This document shows positions 34,038 through 47,600 of a stretch of 64,000 bases of DNA, piece after piece. The notes beneath the pieces were generated by a model. The model did no database searches. It was given only the letters and a program-made list of their open reading frames with translations, and was not told the origin of the DNA. This DNA comes from Podarcis erhardii (lineage: Eukaryota), in assembly GCA_964252035.1 (NCBI GenBank), contig OZ176209.1. One strand, 5' to 3'. The position numbers were made by a program, and so were the translations under genes. The number at the start of each line of letters is the position of its first letter. The stretch's first letter is position 1.

Positions 34038-35874
34038 GTATGGGACCTCCATCCATCCAGGGGTGCCAACTTGAATAAAATATTGGGTGGGGGAGGGAAG
34101 TGCCGCCCCACACAATCCATCACAGGATATGGCACACACACACTATTTGAATGGCAATTCCCATCAACTTTTTTGGGGGGGACAGGGCCCCCCTCCAATA
34201 TTTTATTGTTGGTGGGAGGGACCCCAAAGGGGGCTCTGTCCCTAGGAGTTGGCTCCTATGCATGCATCCATCCTTCCTCATTCTCGCTTTGGCTCCTGGG
34301 CTGGCTCTGCGGGCAGGGTCAGCCCAGGCCACCTGAATAATTCCTGAACTTGCTGGCAAATGCGTTTGATCGAACTTTTTTGCATTAACCGGATGGCAGG
34401 CGATGCTCCTCTGGGCTCGCGATGCGACTTGGTCCATTTGCTCAGCGAGGCTCCTGCCTGCCTGCTCTGTTAAGCCTCGCTGATTCCTCCCCTCCCTCCT
34501 TCAACTTTTGTCTCTCTACTGTCACTTTTCTGGCCCCTCTTTTGATGGATAGGCCTTAATTAATGGTCAGCAGGAAAGCTGATGGCAGATGGCTTATTTT
34601 GCCAGGCGTGGGGAGCCCTGAATAATAAACAGATTCGTCTGGGCTGCCTGAGATTGGTTTATTTGGGAAGACACGCCAGGCTAAGCTCTTGTTCTCGCTG
34701 ATGGTTAGAGGAGAAAATAAGACTAGGGAGAAAATATGAAACAGAGTGTGAATAAGTGGGGAATGGGGATAACATACTGCATTTTTCCCCATTAAAAATA
34801 TCTGCAGGAAAAATATAGAAGCCCTTGCAAAAAGATTTGTTAACAGTTTATATACCCTTTATCCTTGTTAAATTTTGAACTTTTTGGGGGGTGGGTGGGA
34901 ATTCTTTGTGTACACAATGGGTGGTATAGTCATACTCAGAGTAAACCTATTGAACGTAAGTAACAAATCCATGACTTTCATGAGTCCGTTCTGAGTATGA
35001 CTTAGTTAGCTAATCACCCACTAATTTTAAGGATTTTTAATAAATCTAAATGTTCCTTCCAAGAATAAGGAGGCAGCTGTCTTTTGATTCGATTTTGCAT
35101 TAATATATTCAAAGACACTTCTAATGTAGGATTCCAAAAAGCAGCATTTATTTCGTGCAGTTTATAGTCTATTGTATAAAGGTAAAATATTCTGAGATAA
35201 ATGTTTTCCCCCATCCCTTGTATGTGAAAAAGATTACATACAGAATTAGATTTTTAAATCACAATGCAGAACATTTCTGAAGCTTATCAGACTGTTCATT
35301 TAAAAGAGGGCTGATATCATAGTGGCGTTGGGAAGGAAATGGAACAATGTTGCATGTGCGTGCTGAATGTTGCTATGTAAAGTTTGAGAACATGGTTCAC
35401 ACGGTGAATTAAGAAGAATTTTAATTTGCTTCTATATAGCCCATAGTCTATGTGTATCATTTGTTTTCTTAGGAGTTCCAGTTATAGGGTTTTTTAAATT
35501 TTTTTCTTTTAGTACAAGAGGCAAAGGGAGGCCTTGCAAAGAAGCTGTAATTTAAGGAAAAATCCAGGCAATGCTGTTGGCTTGAACTTCTGAATCAATA
35601 AGATCATGTATCAAAAGCTGACTACCTGAGTCACTGGAGGACTCTGTGGAGGGATGTTATTCTACATTCAACCAGAGTGTGTCACTGTGACCATTAACAC
35701 AGAAAAGTCAGAGCATACACTTTTAAAAAGAGAAATTGACACCTGCTATTTTTAAACAGAAAAAGCCTTCTTTCAACAGGATGTAGACATCTACATGAAA
35801 GGGCTCTTGACAGAATAAAAATCTAAAATTCCAATTTTGAGGCTAATAATATGAACATTTCAGGACTGCACATA

Positions 35875-36098
35875 CAGTGGTACCTCGGTTTAAGAACAGC
35901 CCTGTTTACGAAGTATTCAATTTAAGAACTCCGCAAAACCAGAAGTAGTGTCCCGGTTTGCAAACTTTACCTCGGTCTAAGAACGGAAGCTGAACTGTGT
36001 AAGGGCACCAGTGACTGGAGGCCTCATTAGGGAAAGCCCGCCTCAGTTTAAGAACGGACTTCCAGAACAGATTAAGTTCGTAAACCACTATATCACTG
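35875..36098. mobile_element. Tc1/mariner (Tigger-like) MITE, family C, degraded right TIR
   Basis: TA-CAGTGGTACCTCGG start. Right end ...ATCACTG. Internal sequence related to family A. Confidence 0.75.
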
Positions 36099-36464
36099 TG
36101 TGCATTTAAAAAACAAAACAAATGCAATTCCAGCAAAGAGAATTTTAAAGTTTGGACATTTCTATTTCTCCTATTTTTGCTGAGTCTGAAGACATAGCCT
36201 GCATTTCTCTTTTAATTTTCAGAAAAAAATGGATGCTCAGCATTCATTTTTTCTTTATACACCTTTAATTGCAGATGCGTTTTAGCTTTCCTAAATTTGC
36301 TATGCATCTTGTAAAGTGATATAATTTATAATTTCTTCTCCTTGGAGGAGAGCCAAGCAAGTACAGCAATTCAAAGACTTTACTTTCATTCTGATTCTTG
36401 TTGTTGTCTCTTTCTCTTACCATTCTCTCCCCCCCCCCCCGGAGTTGCGAAGAGGCAGCTTCCC

Positions 36465-36616
36465 CAGAATTTGTAGAGTTGGAAGGGCTCCCAAGGGCCA
36501 TCTAGTCCAGACCCCTGCAATGCAGGAATCCTGCCCACAGCTATCCCTGGGTGGGCTTAAACCACCAACCTTCTGGTTAACAGCCAGATGTGCTGACCCA
36601 TTGTCCCACTGGAGAC
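36465..36616 (-). mobile_element. SINE: tRNA-Asn(GTT)-derived head + CR1-type 3' tail
   Basis: Reverse complement GTCTCCAGTGGGACAATGGGTCAGCACATCTGGCTGTTAACCAGAAGGTTGGTGGTTTAAGCCCACCCAGGGA spans a full tRNA-Asn length, followed by the same tail. Confidence 0.85.
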
Positions 36617-38787
36617 ATTAAGTTTATCTAGTCAGGGATGCCATCAAGGTTATATTGCTTGAAAGATGTGGCATATTAAAATTAAATAAAAGTAATTTAT
36701 ATAAATTGGGCAAATCTCAACCAGTACCGCTGGCCTTATGCAATTATTTACCCATACAAATCTCCCCAGTCTCTATTTTCTTGGCTTCGCCCAATGAACC
36801 CAAAGTGCTAACAACCTGGGTGCTTTTCACCTAACTGGCATGCATTAAAACTGTTTGCTCATGGTGCAATATAGTCCACTATGTATTTATGAACCATGTG
36901 GACAGAGTTGACTGGATGGATCTTTCTCATCTCTTTGGCCCTCAATGAGAGGGAGCATGCAGATTGCATGGGCCTCTTCCACCAAACTTTCCATCTATGT
37001 TGTTGTAATAGTTGCACAAGCTTATGTGTGAGTATGAATGAATGAAGGGGGGGGGACACACAGTTCCCGCAAATGAATATTTACAAGGATAATGTAAAGT
37101 GGGAATGAATAACTATAGAGATCACATTGGTCACATGTACATCTATTTCAGCTATGGAAATATATGTGTCTTAGGCTGTAAACTTGCCTTCGAGACATCT
37201 CATGGATGTTTTCAAGACTACTCTGGAGTACGTTGGCTGAAGCACTAATTTTTCTCAAGCTACAGCATACGGTAGTGAACCTTCTGCCTCTGAAACTTAG
37301 ATTTTGCATTAAGATGTTTGCTGGAACACTGAATATTAATAAGATAGCACTAGTTTGCTGTGAGGTATAGAAAACAAGATGCCCTTGGCCTCATAAGCTG
37401 ATGCATCTTTTCATGGACTTCTTTTTGATTGAGTTAATGAAAGTATAAGATAAATATCAACAAAAGAATGTCATAATAGATATAATATGAAAAAATGATA
37501 TAGAAATGAAACATATAGATTGATTCCTGGGTTTATATACATTATACCTGACTGAAATGACCTCAAAGAAGCTTCTCTGAATTTGTGAATTTTGCAGAGT
37601 GGGTTGTCCTGGGCATTTTTTGAATGGAATGAAATAAAACAGCCAAACAATCAGAAAACATACATGAATAAGCTTCAATATCTATTATGATTGGTTAATT
37701 CTATTACTATGATCCAATGATGCATTGTACCATGTTTTTTTGCAAAGCAACTCACGGTAGTTAAAAAATAAAAGCAAGTTATATGGACACCGGTTATTAA
37801 CTGCAAAAATCCATATTTTGTTAAATAAGCGACCCTCTATTATAATTATTTCTGGGATGAGTCATAGAAAACATATTGACTAAAAAGGAAATGGACAAAA
37901 CTCAGTACTATACCATTAGAATTAATGAACACAGCTGTCTACTGACTTTATTTTACAGTGCTTGACATATTGAGGACAATTAATTACGTATTTGATAACT
38001 TTAATGCATACTGACCAGCTGAATAAGAGCTGGTGCTCAGTGTTAGAAGATGGGAGACATTCAGAAAAGATGTTCCTTTTTTGTTAGAACAGTTGGCATG
38101 TATGTATATAAAGTATGCTCAGTTATTTCAGCAAGCAAATGCATGCACACACCCCACCAGCACCAACAGATGGGGTGGAATTATATGGTGGGTTGTGATA
38201 AAGCACACCATGGAACAGAACACCAAAGAGCAGATTTAATCTGTCAGCATGATGCATGAAGGAACTTCACAGTTAGTGGCTCCTCAATGCTTCTTTCTGC
38301 TGTCATAAAATAAAACTAAAACAGGTCAATTTGTACTGTGGTATAGCAATACTATGTAGCTATGTTTAAAACTTGTTCTCTTTATGGGGTTACAGTTTTC
38401 ATGCTAACTTTATTTCTGTCTACATTTTTGGAAACAATGTTTGATGTGACTCAATCATAGCTGATTTTCTCAGGGTGCAAGGCAAATGAAACAAACTGTT
38501 GCTGGTGTAGGGAACTTTGAAAAAGTAGTCTTTTTTCAGAATTCGGCTTGAAGACATGGGGGAGAGAGATCTTTTGGCTTTTCACGAGTGTAAGATGAAA
38601 GTATGAATGGACTGGAAGCATCCTGCTTTGTCTGTAAGCATATAAGCTATTTCTTTAAGAGATTCTCACTCGGTTCATTCAGGACCTGAGAGATGGAGAC
38701 TTTTCCTAGCAGATATATGTTAAAAACATAGCATGCCCATTGCATAATGTCTTTCTACCAAGTAACAATAAAAACAATAAAAGTCAT

Positions 38788-41730
38788 GGGGGGTCCAAGA
38801 TGGTGGCGCGTGCAAACGCTGCGGCTGAGAGCTCCCGGGAGGGGAGTCAGGGTTTGTTAGGACGAATTATTTATAGTCGATACGAAATGCTGTTGTACAG
38901 AGTCAGAAGTAGCAGCAGATACAGGTGTAGAAACTGTGCTGTGTGGGAGCAGCTATGGGCGTGCGAGATTCCAGAAATCATAAATCACTGGTGTTGGAGG
39001 AAGAGGAGGAGGAGAGAGCGGAAGCAGAAGAGAGGCTGCAGAGGACAAGGTCAAATGAAAGAGAGAACAAAGACAAGGAAGATAAGGAAACAACGATGCA
39101 AACGACCTCTTCCAAGTATCTTTTACGCTAATGTGAGATCATTGGCAAATAAACTTGACGAATGGAGGCTTCGGGTAGGAGTGGAGGAAGACATCCGGGA
39201 CTGTTGTGTGCTGATACTCACAGAGACATGGTTAAATTCAGCTATTCCAGACACAGCTGTTGAATTACAAAGTTTTACAACGTACTGGTGGGACAGGACA
39301 CAGGATTCTGGCAAGAAACAAGGTGTGTGTGTATTTTTGTAAATCAAAACTGGTGTACGGACTCTGTCAAGTTGGATACCTACTGTTCTCCGGATGTGGA
39401 ATTTCTGACAATTAAATGCAGATCTTTCTATCTTCCCCGGGAATTTACAACAGTGGTGTTAACAGTGGTGTACATAGCACCAACTGCAAATGCATGCAGG
39501 GCCATGAGCAGTATGCACGAAAACATCAATGCTAAATTGAGCAGATACCCGGAGCCTGTGCACATTATTGTGGGGGACTTCAATCACACAGATGTGAGGG
39601 CAGTACTCCCCAAATTCCATCAGCACATTGAGTGTGCAACAAGGGGAGAAAATACTCTTGACAAGGTGTATACGAACATTAGACGGGCATATGAGGTCAA
39701 GACCTTGGCGCACCTTGGTGGTTCAGATCATGTGTCCCTGCTTCTGACACCAGTATACACACCCCTCAGGAAACAAGGCCAGATACAAACACGGATGGTT
39801 ACGGTGTGGCCTGAGGGAGCCTCTCAGCAACTGCAGGACTGTTTCCAGGAGACCGACTGGAATATCTTTGACCATGAAGATCTAGAAACTTATACATCAG
39901 CGGTGCTGGATTATATTAGATTCTGCACAGCAAATGTCACCAGGGAAAAGTATGTTAAGTTGTATCCGAATAGGAAGCCCTGGATGACAGGAGAGGTTAG
40001 GAGATTATTGAAGGCCAGAAATTCTGCTTTTAGAACTGGGGACTGGGTATTGTATGGCATAGAAAGAGTGAACTTGAAGAGGGGTATCAGGAAAGCAAAA
40101 GCGGAGTACAGAGGAAAAATTGAGGACCATCTGAGAAATCATGATACTAGACAAATGTGGCAGGGAGTCCAACATCTGACTGGTTATAAATCAAGGAATT
40201 CATCAGTGGTAGAGAGTACTGCTTCCTTGGTGGGAGAGTTGAATACCTTCTTTGCCCGATTTGAGGTGACACCAACAGTGACTCCAACAGGGATGCCAGA
40301 GCTATTGGCGTCACTACCTACAGGAAATGCTGCCAGGGTGGAAGAGGGATGGGGTGGCTGGCAGGGTGCTGAGAGATTGTTCAGACCAACTGGCAGGAAT
40401 CTTTACGAAGATTTTTAACCAGTCTCTGGCCCAAGCCACTGTTCCACCCTGTCTGAAATCTGCTACCTTTATACCCCTGCCAAAAACATCAAAGATAGAC
40501 AGTCTGAATGATTTTCGCCCTGTGGTGCTGACACCCATTATAATGAAATGTTTCGAAAAACTGGCGAGGAAGCGCATCTTATCTTGTCTGCCAGTGGGAC
40601 TTGACCCTTACCAGTTTACGTACAAGGCAAAGAGATCCACAGAGGATGCTGGGGCAATGGCTTTACATGCTGTCATGACTCATTTGGAGAAGCAAGGGAA
40701 CAACACGAGACTGTTATTTGTAGACTTTAGTTCTGCATTTAATACTATTCTTCCGCATAGATTGGTGCCCAAATTATTAGACCTGGGACTTCCACCATGT
40801 TTGTGCAGGTGGATATTAGACTTTCTATCAAACCGTTCCCAAAGGGTCAGGTTGGGTTCCCACGTCTCTGTGGATCTCATCACGAATACGGGGACACCGC
40901 AGGGGTGCATGTTTTATACACGCTGTATACAGCTGACTGTGCCCCCAAATACCCCAGTAATAAGATCATTAAGTTCACAGATGATACAACGGTGGTTGGT
41001 TTAATTACGGCTGGAGAGGGGGAGACTGCCTATAGGAAGGAAGTTGAGCAGTTGGGGGAGTGGTGCAGGAAAAACAACTTACTGCTTAACTTAAAGAAAA
41101 CAAAAGAGATCATTGTGGACTTTAGGAAATGTAAATTGAATATTCAGCCACTTATTATTGAGGGGAAGTGCGTGGAACAGGTCTCAGTGTTTCGATTTCT
41201 GGGAATGGAGTTGAGAGACTACCTAACCTGGGGAGAGAACAGCAAAGACCTGGTGAAGAGAGCACAGCAGAGGTTATATTTTCTGAGAATCCTCTGGAAA
41301 AACAATCTCTCAAAGGACCTGTTGATGGCATTCTACCATTGCACTGTGGAGAGCGTACTAACTTATGGTCTGTGCGTGTGGTTTGGGAGCTGCACGGCCA
41401 GGGAAAAAACAATGCTATCCAGGGTTGTAAAGACTGCAGAGAGAATTATTGGGTGCACTCTTCCCACCTTAGATCAAATCTATGCTGCCAGGTGCCATAA
41501 GTTTCTATGCTAATGCAATTCTGGTTCTAAACGCAGCATAAGGGGTCTCTGTAGTATAGTGTATTTTAAAATGGGGTTTTAGAGTTTTTAAGGGGGTTTT
41601 GAATGTTTTATGTAGTTTTATGTAGTTTTGTGGTAGTTTTATGTAGTTTTTATGTAGTTTTATGTAGTTTTTCAATTTCATTGTTCCGCAAGGGACAATG
41701 ACAATAAAGATATCATATCGCATCGTATCG
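38788..41730 (+). mobile_element. Near-full-length Rex1/Babar-type non-LTR retrotransposon (APE endonuclease + RT), frameshifted
   Basis: APE motifs LPSIFYANVRSL, LILTETWL, IIVGDFNH, TLDKVYTN, SDH. RT motifs NDFRPVVLT, YQFTYKAKRSTEDA, LFVDFSSAFNTI, GTPQG, KFTDDT. C-terminal SFYANAILVLN. 3' end CAATGACAATAAAG followed by TATCG-like repeats. At least three frameshifts or deletions. Confidence 0.85.
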
Positions 41731-42254
41731 TAACAAAAAACAAGCAGAACTAGTATATGGATTTAAAAGGCATCTTCTGCTGCAGAATGAATAAAGCTGA
41801 GATACTTTCTATTCTCTACGCACATCACGCCACTTCTTATAGCAGGGGGTGGGGTGGGGAGGTCCCCTTTTAGCCCAAGGGCTACTTTCTTTCGTGAGCA
41901 ACCTTCTGGGAACTACATGGCCTCTGTTAGCAGAACCAATGGCCAAAAGACAAGACAAGACTGGCTCTTTACTTTGTACAGCAGGCTACATCCTAGCCAT
42001 GCAAAACCATAGATTTCCAATACACACTTCTCCATCCAGGCAAGCAGAAATATTGCAGTTCATGGACACATTCTAACCAGGCAAAATAACTCAAAGAGGG
42101 TGTGGAATTTTAGGCTGTGTACATGTTACTCATATACTCTATCTCTAGTGCATTCCCACAACTGATGTCTAAAGCTGTGCACTTATGAAGCTGGCCACAA
42201 TCCATATCTATCATTGAGAAATGCTGTTGTTTGATGCATTTCCCCCTCAAACTA

Positions 42255-42627
42255 GTTGTTGTTGTTGTTGTTGTTGTTATTATTATTATTATTATTACAT
42301 CCTCTCCAACTGACTGGTTGCCCTAGCTGAGCCACTCTGGGTGGCTTCTGACAAATATAAAAACATAATAAAAACACCAAACATTAAAATCTGTCCTATA
42401 CAGGGCTGCCTTCAGATGTCTTCTGAAAGTTGTATAGTTATTCATCTCCTTGACATCTGATGGGAGGGTGTTCCACAGGATGGGTGCCACTACTAAGAAG
42501 GCCCTCTGCCTGGTTCCCTGTAACTTCACTTCTTGCTGCGAGGGAACTGCCAGAAGGCCCTCGTAGCTGGACCACAGTGTCCGGGCTGAACAATGGGGGT
42601 GGAGATGCTGCTCCAGCTGTACAGGGC
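42255..42627 (-). mobile_element. L2-type LINE 3' end
   Basis: Minus strand KLQGTRQRAFLVVAPILWNTLPSDVKEMNNYTTFRRHLKA; same family as 12763-13098. Confidence 0.82.
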
Positions 42628-44673
42628 CGTTCCTTGTAATTTGAAACTGTAAGGCATATTTGCTTTACTGCTAAGCTGAGGCTTGTGCATTTGAGACAGA
42701 TGACAGCTTTATGAATAGGAGTGTGTGTGGGGGATTGCAGGTGCAGAGAAACTAAACAGGTAATGAATGTTCATCAGGTGAAGACATCCACACCTCCACT
42801 TGTCTCATGGGTGAGCCAGCCCTGCCCAAAATAGAATGGAGTCAAACCACATAAACTATTCTACCCAGTGCTTCATTTACGAGAGAGGGGGAAATGCTGA
42901 AGTTTTTGTCCAAGTGGAATTATGTCCCTCTGGTCCGGAAAACTTGGTTGCTTGAAGTAACCTAAGATATTGCAAAGTTGTCAATATGATCCCCTGGGCA
43001 TTCAGCTTGAAGGGCTCTAAATAATTAGCCATTATTGCTTGTATGGTACCATACAAAACATGAAGCCAACTTAACACCTTAGGATTGTATCAACTAAGTC
43101 TTATACAGTATAGTGTAGGCCCACTGAAATAAATTGGGATGACTAACTTAAGTTCATAGATTCCAGTGGGTCTGTTCCGTGTATGGCTTAGCTAGAGACA
43201 ACAACATTTATGCTTTCAGATATGCAGGAGCCACGTTTCCATGTTTTCCTTTGCAGATATTCTATTAGAAGGCAAGAGATGGACTAGATTTGAAAATAAT
43301 GTAGGGATCCCACATTATAATCCAGGTTAAAAATCTTTGTCCTTGATTTTGTTTTCTTTCACTTGTTTTGCTACAGTTTCTTGCTTTGCATAATTATAGT
43401 ATGTTAAGCAATGATTGAGGTGGGTCTTGTATCAATTCTTTATCTGAGCTGGAGAGGGTGGAAGCTTAAAAAAGACTGTTTAAGTAGCAAGTGCTGCTCA
43501 AAATGCCCTTTATTGCTTGCAAGAGTGTATGTTAAGAAAGTACCCTTAGCTAAAGCAATTTTAATAGTTTTTTAAAAAGCAAATTGCTGATACACATTGT
43601 TTCCCTGATTTTGAGGATGATGCTAATTAATAAAATAGGTTGCAGAAAAATGCTAACTAGGTAGTTAATGTGCTAAATAATAAGAATCAAGTGTGTGTGT
43701 GCGCGCGCATGCATGCATGCATGCTGAGAATGAGTGTAGGCCTTGTTTTTAGTAACTGTATTATGAATTTGAAACACTAGTTATAACTCTGCTGAAATTA
43801 CTGTGTAGTGAAGAATGGGTAAGAAATAGTTTAAATAAAATCAACAATAATAATAAGTTTAAATAAACTTATTCATGGGAAGAGATGGAACTCTGCTTAT
43901 AGGTGTGATGAAAAAGCTTGTCACAGTTAGATAAATGGGGGCTTTCAAAGAGCATGAACACATATGCAGTTAACTTATCAGCCACAGACAGGTACAGATG
44001 GTAGTTCATGAAATGCTCCCTGGTCAGAATATAATAGGACAATAGATGCAGAAATGCAAAATAGTTTACAGTTGAAGAAAAAAATCATATATTTTACAAA
44101 CAATGCATGTAGACCATAGTTCAGCTAAACTTAATTTACATTTATCAAGGAATAAGCCCTACTGAGCATAATGAGTCTTACTGTTGGGTAAACATACATA
44201 GAGCTGCACTGCACACCACACTGAAACCAATGAAGCAAGTTATTTGTGACTAGCCTAATATTTTTCTATTCATATAAAGCCAGTCCAATTAATTTCAGTC
44301 GTGCTTACTGCTGGAGAAGGGGGCAAAGGACTGCAGCCTGAGCCTATGCATGCTTGCTCCTCAGGAAGCATTCAAAGCCCCACAGTCTTCAATGGAACTT
44401 ACACTGCAATCCTGTGCACAATAACTTGAAAGTAGGTTGCAGCTAACTTTAGCCAGATCAGGGCCCTAAAACTTAAATACTACACTAAGGGATATATGAA
44501 GTTAAGCAGGCTCCTTTGGAGCCCATCTGATAGTATTTTATATTAAAGTGGTAGGATATTCCTCTGATAGTCTTAGCTAGCTCCCTACACAGTCAACATC
44601 CATGATGCTATTAAAAACATGGCTAAATTCCATATGATTCCATTATATCAACTGCTCTGTATGTGTGTAAGAT

Positions 44674-44698
44674 ACACACACACACACACACACACACA
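44674..44698. repeat. (CA)n microsatellite
   Basis: Seen directly in the sequence. Confidence 0.9.
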
Positions 44699-47600
44699 TA
44701 CAGTGTGTTGAGAATGCAAAGGTATAAAACCTCCATTTTGGGCTAGAACTGGGTACAAGTGGCTTCTTGAAATTATCCACCCTATTTGTGAGCAGATAAA
44801 TTGGACAGGGTGAGGAGAACCATGGGGCGGGGTAATTCTGCAGAATGAGAAAGCTATGTAATGATGTAACAGCTGTTTTGGATCCACTGGATATAAAGCC
44901 CAGTGGCTCCTTTAATAGAGTAGTGCAAGTTTATCTGTTATGCCAACTGGGAGCTGGCATGACAAAATAACAAATCCACCCCAGTTTCCACGCTTGCTGA
45001 CATGAGCTGGCAGGGCTTTGGATGCAGCTCTGTTACTGCAATGCCCAACCTCTGGAATGACCTGTCAATCTATAATCCTTCACACACATTCCGTACTTGG
45101 CATTGTAACTCACCCTATGACATTCAGGTGAAGGGTGGGGATATAAAGGTTGAAAATAAGTAAACAAACTCCATCAAGCACAGTGTGTTTTCAGTAGATG
45201 TGTTCTGTTAACCATTTGTAAACATAGTCAGAATTGTAGTCTAACAGCTCCACCCTAAACACGTTTATGAAGAAGTAAGTTCTATTTATTTCAGTTGGAC
45301 CTGCTTCAAGTGAGCATGCTAGGGACTGAAGATCCAAGTTTTAGGCTTCAAGGCAAAAATATGACAAGATTTAAAATGGTACTTGACAGTCTTCTAATTG
45401 AAAATTTCTTTTTTCTCAGCATGGTATGCATTTTCCATTGGCTTGTGAATTGAATATTTAGGGAAATATGAAAAAAGTGAAGTCTGCATTGAAAGCTGTG
45501 ACAGTTGTGCTTTTTGTGACAATGCTGTGGTACCTAAAAAGAGCATGATAGAAAAATGCTGATTTAACACACATTTAAGTCAGTGAGAATATAGTAGGCT
45601 GCAGTGGCTGTAGAAGTACATGCAATTACAGTCAATCTCCATAAACCAAATATAATTTTGTTGGAATACGATGTGATTAGACAACAGTGGCTCTGGAGGG
45701 TACTTTATGAGGGTACTATTCAGAACAAACTGCAATCAAGTACATCTATAGGATCCTTGACAACACAGGATTATTATAAAAGATATATTCATCTTTAGAG
45801 AGATTCAGCACCTACGGTATAAGTCCTCACTCAAATTGGCTTAGATTTCTAAGGTTTAACTAAATGGGCTGAGGCTACTGATATTCAGCCTACTTCCCTG
45901 TGTTAGGTCTGATCAGTGGTAACCTGGAGGAACCAAAATTTCAGAAACTCTGTAGGGGTTATAGATAAGTGGTCTTCAGATTTTCAGACACTGACTCCAG
46001 CCTTTGATACAAGAACCAGTTTTAACTGGTTTAGGACTCTGTGAAAAAACCTAGCAGCAGATGCTACGTTAGATATCAGGTTCATGGCTTCTTTGCATCC
46101 CTAGCATTTTACAAAAGAAAAAAGACCCAAATTTTTGAAGAATGGTGGCAGCACTGAAGGGTGGCCTACCATAGGTTACTTTGTGTGTTCCCTTTATGTG
46201 ACATGACCCACCAGCTGAAGACCACTTTTGTTTTTTTCATTCCAAGAAGCACAATTTGTCTTGCTGTAACACTGCAGTGTAAGAAGGGCTGTATTCACCA
46301 AAGGAGCCCCATCCTCTATTGCATTTTGTCATCCTTTGTCTCTTATGCCCTGCCACAATCTGGTGTCTCTTGTACTAATCTGAATGAAAATGTGTGATTA
46401 AAAATAGATTTGTTCTTTTGCAGAATCACAGTACTGATGTTTGTCTTTGTAATAAATGTGCTTATGTTCTCATCATGGCCATTGTCAGAGGAGAAGCACG
46501 TTGTTGCCTTGGAGAACGTACTTAGAGAGATTCTGACTGTTTGATTGGCTTTTTCTTCTATCACGTTTATTAAAAAAGTAGCTGAGTGTGGAAATAGCAT
46601 TGTAAATAATGAAAGTGAATATCATTGCCAGATATGTATTCTTCTTTCCGGATGTTCTGCAGAACTAAGTCCTCTTCCCAGCCAATCTAGTGAAATCATT
46701 AATTTATTGCTGCATCATGATTCTGACACTTCTGGAATGCTTGCAGAGATTAAAGCTCCTTTATCAACATTCCCAAGACTGTGATGTCTAAAGACCTCAG
46801 CTGTTCACAAGTGGCTGAAATTAAATTCTGACTGTTCAACAAATCTACACTTAAAAATTGATTTATAGCTGAAACAGTTAGAAGCTGATTATATGAATAC
46901 ATACTCCAATTTGGTTGAGGAAGTTTTGTCAAAAAGCCTTTTTTGGGGGCTGGGGGTACAAAGTATATAATCCTAGGTATGCTTATTTCCATTGAATGAA
47001 GTTTAGAATGAAGTAGCTGATTGTAGAACAAGGATGCTAATATAGTATTTTCTTAATAAAATGACTTGAAGGTTTCACTGCCTGAGATTTTAAGCGTGGC
47101 CAGTGGCACTGAAAAAAGTTTCTATAGAATTAATTTCCATATGCCTGTTTAGGAATAGGGCATCAGCACAATATTCTCACAGTACTTTTCACAGCTTGCT
47201 TGCACCAAGCCTTGGTAATAAATTTAATGCCATTATCACCTTTATCAAAGCATGATGTAAATATGAAATGTGTAAATGAAACATCATGTAAGAAAGGGAA
47301 GTTTGGAGTCTTTCTTTAATACCTTGGGGGCCACATTGCCATATTGCTTGGAGTCTAATGGGATTCAAAAAATCATCTGGAAGGCTGTAGGCAGGTGTAA
47401 TGTTAAGGGTATACATGCTTCTTATACAAACCATATGTTGAGCCTTTGTATCGCAGATACTCTTGTGGCAATTTGGTTTGACTGAGACGGTCCAGGAAGC
47501 TACTGTATGCCTCAGGAAGCAGTATTTCATATCTGTAGAAGTGTAGGAGCAAGTTGTGGTTATTCACTTGTCAGGTTATACAAAGGACAGTTCATTTAAG

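Noticed and set aside
41600-41672. Tandem TTTTATGTAG repeats as a CRISPR-like or independent satellite
   Set aside because: No spacers. It is a simple repeat inside the Rex1 3'UTR.
45804-45824. TTCAGCACC as a possible REST/NRSE site in a neuronal gene
   Set aside because: Only the left half-site matches. The required GGACAG right half is absent (TACGGTATAAG follows).
46340-46800. Non-repetitive intronic block that might be a cryptic exon or conserved element
   Set aside because: No protein similarity and no convincing paired splice sites. Conservation cannot be judged without alignments.
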